Of a DNA stretch of 64,000 bases, positions 44,386-51,622 are shown piece after piece; positions within the stretch are counted from its first letter, which is position 1, and the number at the start of each line of letters is the position of its first letter. The notes beneath the pieces were generated by a model. The model was not told where the DNA came from and did no database searches. It worked only from the letters and a program-made list of their open reading frames with translations. Origin of the DNA: Candidatus Levyibacteriota bacterium. Its GTDB lineage: Bacteria; Patescibacteriota; Microgenomatia; Levybacterales; UBA12049. The stretch spans positions 501,549 through 565,548 of the forward strand of contig CAVRKE010000001.1 of assembly GCA_963722305.1 (NCBI GenBank), read 5' to 3'. A program made the position numbers and the translations under genes.

Positions 44386-44443
44386 AGCCTCATTATACAG
44401 TATTATTTACTTGTTGTCAAGGGATAAGTACCCAAACTAACTC

Positions 44444-44472
44444 TTGACGCTATAAAACTCTTCTGCTAAACT
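44444..44472 (+). promoter_or_regulatory. Candidate rplJ-rplL promoter (TTGACG-N17-TAAACT)
   Basis: TTGACG at 44444-44449 and TAAACT at 44467-44472, about 140 nt upstream of rplJ. Confidence 0.4.
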
Positions 44473-44508
44473 GTTAAAACCTAAGACAGCGAGTCGAGCG
44501 GAGCGAGA

Positions 44509-44528
44509 TCCTGAGCGCTAGCGAAGGA
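44509..44528 (+). repeat. Hairpin repeat with tandem G.A mismatches (family copy 3)
   Basis: Stem TCCTGAGC, loop GCTA, stem GCGAAGGA, located in the rplJ leader. Confidence 0.6.
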
Positions 44529-44586
44529 CGAACTTCAATCCATAAATCTCGCCGAGGAGAAACTAAGTTCATTTTGAACTTAAAGT

Positions 44587-44609
44587 AACTCGCTTAGGCG
44601 AGTTTTTTT
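44587..44609 (+). promoter_or_regulatory. Terminator-like hairpin plus U7 tract abutting the rplJ ATG (possible L10-leader attenuator)
   Basis: Stem AACTCGC, loop TTAG, stem GCGAGTT, followed by TTTTT, then the ATG at 44610. An upstream CTCGCC (44549-44554) could pair alternatively with GGCGAG (44597-44602). Confidence 0.45.
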
Positions 44610-45452
44610 ATGGATACAAATACCAAAATCAGCACCAACCGGCCCACCAACACTAAAGTTACGGCGGGCAGGCAGAAGAAAATTGAAGTCGTTGCCAAGC
44701 TTAATGAAAAGTTAGCCAAATCCAAGGCAATTATCTTCACCAACTACACAGGGGTCACCCACAAGCAGCTGGAAGCCCTGAAAAGAGCGATTAAGCCAAT
44801 GCAGGCGGAATATGTCGTCGCCAAAAATTCTTTGATTCTCAGGGCTTTGGACGAAAACAAAATCAAGCTTGAGGGCGAAAATCCGCTGCAAGGCCCAACC
44901 GGAACGCTTTTGATTTATGCCGACTATATTGAACCGCTCAAGCAGCTGGCCAAAACCATGAAGGAACTGGGGCTTTTAAACATTAAGCTTGGTATTATGG
45001 AAAATCAGTTTTTAAGCGGCGAGCAAATCTTAAAAATTTCCGCTCTTCCGCCGAGAGAAACCTTACTCGCTCAAGTTGCCGCCGGCTTAAAGTCCCCTAT
45101 TTCCGGTTTACATCGGGCTTTGAACTGGAATTTACAGAAATTAGTGATGACACTTAAGGCTGTTGCCGATAAAAAACCCGCAGTCGCTGCAGTTCCGGTT
45201 CAAACTGTTCTGACCGCGAATCCGACAGAACCCGAATCAGTCATGGCGGAAACCGTAGCCGAAAAAACTGCTGAAACAGCACCCGCGGAACCTAATCAGC
45301 CGGCGGCCGAACCAAATATTACCGAGCCTGAAACAATCGGGGCAGAAACCGAAGCAGAAGTAGTCGCCGAACAACCAGAGAAGGATAATCCTACAATTGA
45401 AGCAGAGAAAAGTGTCGCGTCAAACGCGATTGGCGAAGGGGGTGAGAATTGA
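44610..45452 (+). CDS. rplJ: 50S ribosomal protein L10 with a ~110-aa Ala/Glu/Pro-rich C-terminal extension
   Basis: L10 core (..[32 protein letters not shown]..). It lies upstream of rplL and overlaps it by 4 nt. Confidence 0.85.
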   Translation: MDTNTKISTNRPTNTKVTAGRQKKIEVVAKLNEKLAKSKAIIFTNYTGVTHKQLEALKRAIKPMQAEYVVAKNSLILRALDENKIKLEGENPLQGPTGTLLIYADYIEPLKQLAKTMKELGLLNIKLGIMENQFLSGEQILKISALPPRETLLAQVAAGLKSPISGLHRALNWNLQKLVMTLKAVADKKPAVAAVPVQTVLTANPTEPESVMAETVAEKTAETAPAEPNQPAAEPNITEPETIGAETEAEVVAEQPEKDNPTIEAEKSVASNAIGEGGEN

Positions 45453-45844
45453 TGGCAAAATTAAAACAGGAAGAGTTATTAAAAGCAGTTGAAGAAATGT
45501 CAGTTCTCGAACTCTCTGAATTCGTCAAAGCTCTGGAAGAAAAATTCGGAGTTTCGGCAGCCGCTATGGCAGTAGCCGCACCGGCAGCCGCAGCCGCTCC
45601 GGCAGAAGCTGGAGAAGCAGCGGAAGAACAGACAGTCTTTAACGTCGTTATTGCCAACGGCGGAGCAACCAAAATCGCAGTCATTAAAGCTTTAAGAGAA
45701 TTAGTCCCAACCCTGGGACTCTCGGAAGCCAAAGGACTGGTCGATACCGCTCCGAAGGAAGTAATGACAGCCGTTAATAAGAAAACAGCAGAAGAAGCTA
45801 AAACAAAATTAACAGCAGCCGGAGCTACAGTAGAACTTAAATAA
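45449..45844 (+). CDS. rplL: 50S ribosomal protein L7/L12
   Basis: [26 protein letters not shown], an Ala-rich hinge, then [25 protein letters not shown]. Confidence 0.95.
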   Translation: MMAKLKQEELLKAVEEMSVLELSEFVKALEEKFGVSAAAMAVAAPAAAAAPAEAGEAAEEQTVFNVVIANGGATKIAVIKALRELVPTLGLSEAKGLVDTAPKEVMTAVNKKTAEEAKTKLTAAGATVELK

Positions 45845-45865
45845 ATTAAGTTGAGCGTAGCGAGA

Positions 45866-45885
45866 TCCTTAGCGCAAGCTAAGGA
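45866..45885 (+). repeat. Hairpin repeat (family copy 4, fully Watson-Crick)
   Basis: Stem TCCTTAGC, loop GCAA, stem GCTAAGGA. The G.A/A.G positions of copies 1-3 are replaced here by T-A/A-T pairs. Confidence 0.6.
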
Positions 45886-45932
45886 CTAGGGTTGAGTTGA
45901 AGTAAAATTTCTTTGAAGTTTTCGCAATTTTT

Positions 45933-45963
45933 CCCTTACATTCTCGAATGTGAGGGAATTTTT
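45933..45963. terminator. Bidirectional rho-independent terminator between rplL and the convergent gene
   Basis: CCCTTACATTCTCGAATGTGAGGG forms an ~10-bp stem with one G.U pair, flanked by AATTTTT and AATTTTT. Confidence 0.6.
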
Positions 45964-45968
45964 GTTGG

Positions 45969-46442
45969 CTATAAATTAAAAGTTAGCTGCTTTGAAGTCC
46001 GGGTTACAAAAACATCGTTTTGATCCCATTGTGTATCAGAATCAATATAACGGGTTGTCAGCCATACTCCGCCACGGTCGCGAATGAGTTCAAAAACTGC
46101 CGGTAAATGAGGTGGATTAGGTAAGTTACGAGGGTTTGGTAATGGATACGGATCATCGATTGGCTCCATAACTATTACATACCGCTTTCCGATTTCTAAC
46201 TGTTGCATATTCCCTTTTGCGGCTTCTATTGCCAAAAAAATGCCTGCTTCGGGAGAAAGTCTATTTTCTGGTTTTCCCCAAATTTGCTCCGCTTTTGAAG
46301 CGTCACTAATCATAAAACTTAACCCTGTAGGCATTTCAAAAGGCGGCATTAGTTCAATCATTGTTCTTGCCGCCCCGGCAACATTGAGCCCTCGAGTAGA
46401 ATCTAATAAGTTCCCTACAGCTGTATTTCTTTCCGGCAACAT
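45969..46442 (-). CDS. Hypothetical protein (157 aa)
   Basis: A TTGACA-N17-TATATT promoter (46479-46451) lies 8 nt before the ATG. No recognised motif. Confidence 0.5.
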   Translation of the reverse strand: MLPERNTAVGNLLDSTRGLNVAGAARTMIELMPPFEMPTGLSFMISDASKAEQIWGKPENRLSPEAGIFLAIEAAKGNMQQLEIGKRYVIVMEPIDDPYPLPNPRNLPNPPHLPAVFELIRDRGGVWLTTRYIDSDTQWDQNDVFVTRTSKQLTFNL

Positions 46443-46556
46443 GTTCTTGGAATATACAGTTGGATATCCTTTTTGTCAACAACGATTTAGACTGTTCACA
46501 TTTTACCCTAGGCGCTACGTGGGGGTGATTCTTGTTGGCTAAAGAGGGTTTTGCAG

Positions 46557-47507
46557 TTAATTTGAGAATATCTGTTTAAGCTGTTTATCTATTTCCGGAA
46601 TTGCTGCTAGTCCTTCGATTAATGTTTCAGTAGGCTCTTCGTACTGAATTGCTGCAACTGGTTGCCAGTGACTATCTCCATCATGCTGTAAGCCAAAATA
46701 AAAGAAGCCAACTTGATTTTCTAATGGCATCATAATTGATGCTGTCCAAAATTCCGGGTCTTCTACAGAACCTCTATCTACTTGCAGTTCTTGCCCTGTT
46801 TTCAGATTAATGTCCGCACTCTCAACGTAAGCATGCGGATTAAGAATATTTATTCTACCCCGTAATCTACTAATTGCGGATAGCAAAGGAGCATGTCCTT
46901 CTGCCCTTGTCTTATTTTCTTCTGCCTCCCTGTCTGTAACAGCTTCGAAAGCGTCAATTCCATATAACTTTAAAAAGCTTACTTCAAAACTTTCAACACC
47001 AAAGTCAGTTACTCTTGTTTCATCACCGTTTCTCTCCATATAAAAAGTGTGAACGTCGCCGCGGGTGGGAGGAACGTAAGGCGGCAGTGGAGCAAGTAAT
47101 CTATTAAAATCTCTGCCGATTGCATATGCTGCCCCTTGAGCTCTCAGCCCGATTGAAACTTCGGCGTTAATCGGCAAGTGCCTATGTGCAAAAGGCTCCA
47201 ATTGACCTGACTGTTCATTGATTTGAAAACCAAAAGTAGCATCAATAATCTGCTCTCCTTCGCTAAAAGTCAACGCCATTGACCAAGAATCGGGAGCTAT
47301 TTTGGTACCACCTTGGTATTTTAACGTTGCCCCATCTCTTAAACTGAACTCCCCGCTTGCTACATTATTTGTGTCAGCAAATATTCTGCTTCTTAAAGCA
47401 ACAATTTGCCCGGAAAACTCTGCCTCTCTACCTTTTGCTTCTGAGTCTTGAACCGGTACTTGTCTTACTCCCGTGTCTGGCGACATATTCCCGAAAATAT
47501 ACACCAT
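46557..47507 (-). CDS. Hypothetical protein with two homologous tandem domains (start may be the ATG at 47486)
   Basis: Two ~90-aa segments share the pattern (A/S)..(S/R)(R/L)(I/R)...L..G..L......W. A TTGACA-N17-TATATT promoter (47524-47496) lies 9 nt before the internal ATG at 47486, which favours the shorter form. Confidence 0.5.
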   Translation of the reverse strand: MVYIFGNMSPDTGVRQVPVQDSEAKGREAEFSGQIVALRSRIFADTNNVASGEFSLRDGATLKYQGGTKIAPDSWSMALTFSEGEQIIDATFGFQINEQSGQLEPFAHRHLPINAEVSIGLRAQGAAYAIGRDFNRLLAPLPPYVPPTRGDVHTFYMERNGDETRVTDFGVESFEVSFLKLYGIDAFEAVTDREAEENKTRAEGHAPLLSAISRLRGRINILNPHAYVESADINLKTGQELQVDRGSVEDPEFWTASIMMPLENQVGFFYFGLQHDGDSHWQPVAAIQYEEPTETLIEGLAAIPEIDKQLKQIFSN

Positions 47508-47796
47508 TATGGTTTACCTGTCAAATTTGCCTCTTGATACATGCTGCGCTTTCCTTCGATTTCACTCAGGACTATAGTGCGCCCAGTCCTAAAGGATTTC
47601 GTTTCACTCAATATCGCGAACTATCTATAGACTATAGATATTTTGGGTCTTGATGCATGTTGCTTCGCTCAATACTTTCGCTCGGCCCAGTATCGCGTGG
47701 TAATTCTAAAATTGCCACTTGACAATTATGTTACACTTTGTTACTTTATCGTTGATTAATTATCATATTGATGACTATATGTATAGTCACAAGGTT

Positions 47797-48006
47797 ATGA
47801 ATAATCAAACCCTATCAATCAATAACCTACCCGATCTCCTGACAGTTAGGGAAGTGGCCCAAATCCTGAGAGTCTCCCCTCTCACCATCAAACGCTGGGG
47901 CAAAAGAGGAAAGCTCCCGGCCATAAGGATTAATTCCCGAGGAGATCGAAGGTACAAAAAGGAAGCCGTCCTCTGGCTTCTCGGTATTCAGGCAAAAGAA
48001 GAGTAA
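47797..48006 (+). CDS. Excisionase/MerR-type HTH DNA-binding protein (69 aa)
   Basis: LLTVREVAQILRVSPLTIKRWGKRGKLPAIRI. The start is set at the ATG at 47797, preceded by AAGG. The longer TTG-initiated track ORF is unlikely. Confidence 0.65.
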   Translation: MNNQTLSINNLPDLLTVREVAQILRVSPLTIKRWGKRGKLPAIRINSRGDRRYKKEAVLWLLGIQAKEE

Positions 48007-48131
48007 AAGTTGCTCGCTAACGCTTGCGCCAATTTCTAATTTCTAATTCTTGATTTCTAAAGAAAACTCAATGCCTAATTACTAATTAGCTCTGAAGTAT
48101 AATTCTGAAGACAGACATCACCCTCTATTAT

Positions 48132-48641
48132 TTACTTCCCTGTGGGAACAACCGGAGCATTGAATGTCGGAGCAGCAGTCGGAACGGATGTAGGAGCCGG
48201 CGCACTGGCGCCAAGATTCACCGGCGCCACTTCAATAATTTTATTAATACTTTCCCGGTAGAGAATGGCCTTTTTCGCTTGGGTATAAATTAAAACCTTA
48301 TCACCATTTTGCGCATTGGCAAAAAACGGCTGGTCGCTCAATTTGGTAATATCCGAAACCGTGGCAATAGTCGGCTGCTCATTGGTCGGCAAAAGCATCA
48401 ATTTTCCAACTTCGGCCACCACCTGTTTTGCTTCGGCGTTTGTCGAAGCAGCCGGATTTTGCAATAAATTTTCCGCTTGCTTATATTGGTGATAAAAATA
48501 GTAAGACGGCAAAATCGCAATTACCAACAAAATTACAAGCACAATAATCCATAGCGATTTATTGCCTCTGAGGTTACTCAGTATTTTTTCTTGATATTCG
48601 CGAAGCTTCTGGACAGAAATTTTCACTACAGTTATTATCAT
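48132..48641 (-). CDS. Membrane-anchored hypothetical protein
   Basis: A single N-terminal TM helix (LWIIVLVILLVIAILPSYYFY) is followed by a ~110-aa soluble domain. Confidence 0.55.
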   Translation of the reverse strand: MIITVVKISVQKLREYQEKILSNLRGNKSLWIIVLVILLVIAILPSYYFYHQYKQAENLLQNPAASTNAEAKQVVAEVGKLMLLPTNEQPTIATVSDITKLSDQPFFANAQNGDKVLIYTQAKKAILYRESINKIIEVAPVNLGASAPAPTSVPTAAPTFNAPVVPTGK

Positions 48642-48720
48642 AAAGAAAATTCCGGAAGTTTGTCAATCCCCGTCTTAAAAACATTGAACCAAATTTGAAT
48701 TTGTTGTAAAGTAAAGATGG

Positions 48721-51531
48721 ATGAAGAAAAAAATAACCTTTGGCCTGCTCTTATTTTTTTTGTCTGTCAGTTTATTTTGGAATTTACCCGAGGTTAAAGC
48801 AGCCGGTTTTACCAGCGCCTATCTAAGGCTGAATAACCAAACTCCAAGCTCGGCTCTTGCGGGCACTGTTTGTGCCCAACCTTCTTCACCGGGTGCCGGC
48901 AGCGAAAGTAAAATCAGCCTTTCTTTTCCCGATGATTTTACAGTTTCGGGAAACACCAGCAACTGGACTACTAATGTTACCAATCTTCCTTCCGGTTCCA
49001 CACCCTGGCCATCAATCGGCAACCCCGCCGTCAGTATTTCTGGCCAGTCTGTCACATTCTCAAGCGGCGATTTAACCGCCGGCACTATTTACTGCTTTAA
49101 TTTTAACGGCGCTTCCTCGACCACCGGCGCTGTCGGCAATGATAAGACCGGTGCTCTAACAAGCAAAAATTCTTCGGATGTTATTATTGACCAGTCTGCT
49201 TATGCTGTCTCTATCGTTTCCAGTAACCAAATTGGAATTTCGGCCACTGTCTCGCCCGCGGCCTCCGACCTGCCGATCTCGATTGAATCAACTACTGTCG
49301 GCAACAATTTTCCGCAAAACACCATTTTGGACTATAAAATTACCTACGGTTCATTAACGGTCGGACCTTTCCCCTTAACTATTCAGGCCGAGTGGTCGCA
49401 AGGAACAATTGATGGTAGCCCTACGCCCTCAGTTGACCTTTTAAATTACGTCATCGGCAGTGCTTCGAATGCTTATGACGCAGCTCCGGCCGTAGTTGAT
49501 ACTACCAACCGAACTATCACCTGGACCATTAATTCTTTTCCCGGCAATACTGTTGGCCAGACGGTTACTTTTGAGCTGGAAACCAATGATTCTTATACCG
49601 GCAGCGAAGTTGTCAGTTTTAATGTGGCGGCCAGAAGCATGTCGGAGACAACGATTACTCCCGACCAGACAGTTAGCCAAACCTATCTTTACAGCACAGG
49701 GATTGAGCCAACCCCCACTCCCGCCCCCCCAACGGCCACGCCTACTCCCGGTACAAGTAGCAGCACCAGCACTATTACGCCAACCACCACTCCCACTGTC
49801 GCTTCCTCGCCCAGCCTGGCTTTTTCGGCGATTTCAATTCAGTCTCTATCGCAGTCCCAGGCCCAAATCGACGTTTCCACCACCAACAATGCAACTATCA
49901 CCGTCCAATATGGCACTGGCATCAATGCCCTTTCACAAAGTATTACTACTTCTTTGCCGACCAGCGAAGCTTTGCTAACCCTCCCAAACCTCACAGCCGA
50001 TACCAATTATTATTACCGCGTCACTGCCAAGGATGCTTTTGGCAACGTTATTAAGTCCGACATCTTTACTTTTAAAACTGCCGTTATCTCCCAAGCTACG
50101 CTGGCTGACCTGCAATCACTGATTGTCACCAGCAACAACAACATTTTACTTAACCCACAGACCGAAAAAATCACCACCGGTAATACCGTTTACTCGGTGG
50201 TTATTCCGCAGTTAAGCATTTTTGAAATTCATTTTTCGCTGACAAAATACGTGCCGATAAAAAATATCCAGGTAATCATCGAGAACAAACACGTTTTAGG
50301 CGCCAACACCTTTACTCCGCAGACGGCTGCTTCTAATTTTGTCGATTTGGTAGAAACCCAACCGGGGGTTTTCACCGGAAGGCTGTTAAGTCAACAAACT
50401 CCGGGAGTCTACGAGCTGTATGCCAAAATAGTCGACTACAACGGCAATATTACACTACAAAAAATAACGGACATCGTGGTTGTGCCGGAATTTAAGGTGC
50501 TTGAAAAAGGCACCAATAACCCCATCGAAGCTGCCAGAATACTGCTTTATCTGTATAACCCGACGACCAGAATTTACGAGGTTATTTCTCCGCAAATCCT
50601 GCCTATTAATAACCCTTTGTTTTCCCAGCCTAACGGAGTCGTCCCCATTGTTTTGCCCAAAGGGCAATACAAGGCGGATATTTCAGCCATTAATTACCAG
50701 TCCCAAACTGTGACGTTTGCAGTCGGGGCCACTTCTGGAAACTATCCGACTGTCTACCTGCAAAATCAACCATTCAGTCTGACTAATTATGTCAATTTCT
50801 TTCTTACCACGCTTTCCGATTACGTAATATCAAGCCAACAAACTTTAAGCCAGTTTTCTGCTTCAAGCCGCCTATTTGCCTTTTTGGAAGGCTTAACTTT
50901 ACTCGGCTTTGTCTTTTTAGCTTTTCTCTCCTTTTCGGCCAGGACGCACATTTCCCTACCCTATATTCCTTACTTTTTCTTCCATAAACTCAAGCAGCTA
51001 TTGTTTAAAGAAAATTCGCTGACCATTGGCAAAGTTTACGACGAGGTCACTCAAGCTCCGGTTTCAAAAGCACTGGTGTATATTATTGATGCGAAAAAGA
51101 ACAGCCTGATAGCGCATCTTCGAACCAACCGGCTGGGCGAATTTTACTGCCGAAAATTCGCAGCTGTCGACAAAATAAAGATTACCGTCGTCAAAAAAGG
51201 TTTTATCGCTAAGGCCCCGCTTGAATATAGCCAAAAAAGCTTGAGTGTTATGCCGATTAGCATCGCTTTGGAGAAAGATCTTACTTATCGAAAATCGGTG
51301 ATTGAGCTTTTGCTTTTGGCTATTGAGAACATTTTTGGTGCTTTTATGGAATTTACTCTGGTTCTGACAATTATTCTGGAGCTGTATTTTATCCCACCCT
51401 TAGGAATTCTCAAAGTGTCTCCTTTCCTGGCATTATCGATTTTTAACGTTGTTCTTTTAATTCTTTACCTCTACAAACCACGCAGTTTGATGTTCAAAAA
51501 TCCTCTGATAGAACAAGATCTTGCTGCTTAG
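48721..51531 (+). CDS. Large surface protein (936 aa): signal peptide, Thr/Pro linker, FN3-like module, carboxypeptidase-regulatory-like modules, C-terminal TM helices
   Basis: Signal peptide FFLSVSLFWNLPEVKA|AG. A PTPTPAPPTATPTPGTSSSTSTITPTTTPT linker. ..TADTNYYYRVTAKDAFGN.. is FN3-like. ..GKVYDEVTQAPVSKALVYIID....TNRLGEFY is CarboxypepD_reg-like. Confidence 0.65.
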   Translation: MKKKITFGLLLFFLSVSLFWNLPEVKAAGFTSAYLRLNNQTPSSALAGTVCAQPSSPGAGSESKISLSFPDDFTVSGNTSNWTTNVTNLPSGSTPWPSIGNPAVSISGQSVTFSSGDLTAGTIYCFNFNGASSTTGAVGNDKTGALTSKNSSDVIIDQSAYAVSIVSSNQIGISATVSPAASDLPISIESTTVGNNFPQNTILDYKITYGSLTVGPFPLTIQAEWSQGTIDGSPTPSVDLLNYVIGSASNAYDAAPAVVDTTNRTITWTINSFPGNTVGQTVTFELETNDSYTGSEVVSFNVAARSMSETTITPDQTVSQTYLYSTGIEPTPTPAPPTATPTPGTSSSTSTITPTTTPTVASSPSLAFSAISIQSLSQSQAQIDVSTTNNATITVQYGTGINALSQSITTSLPTSEALLTLPNLTADTNYYYRVTAKDAFGNVIKSDIFTFKTAVISQATLADLQSLIVTSNNNILLNPQTEKITTGNTVYSVVIPQLSIFEIHFSLTKYVPIKNIQVIIENKHVLGANTFTPQTAASNFVDLVETQPGVFTGRLLSQQTPGVYELYAKIVDYNGNITLQKITDIVVVPEFKVLEKGTNNPIEAARILLYLYNPTTRIYEVISPQILPINNPLFSQPNGVVPIVLPKGQYKADISAINYQSQTVTFAVGATSGNYPTVYLQNQPFSLTNYVNFFLTTLSDYVISSQQTLSQFSASSRLFAFLEGLTLLGFVFLAFLSFSARTHISLPYIPYFFFHKLKQLLFKENSLTIGKVYDEVTQAPVSKALVYIIDAKKNSLIAHLRTNRLGEFYCRKFAAVDKIKITVVKKGFIAKAPLEYSQKSLSVMPISIALEKDLTYRKSVIELLLLAIENIFGAFMEFTLVLTIILELYFIPPLGILKVSPFLALSIFNVVLLILYLYKPRSLMFKNPLIEQDLAA

Positions 51532-51622
51532 AAATAACCTAAACACTCGCCGCTTCAACCAGTGGCTATTTTACTCCCTTGCTTCCGGCTTAACTCAATT
51601 TTTAAACAACCGCCTTAGGCCT

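Noticed and set aside
43334-44434. Terminal inverted repeats for the second IS1595-type element (GAGTACTTAC.. versus GGGATAAGTACCC)
   Set aside because: Only ~8 of 9 nt match, and no flanking 8-bp duplication was found. The boundaries are left undefined.
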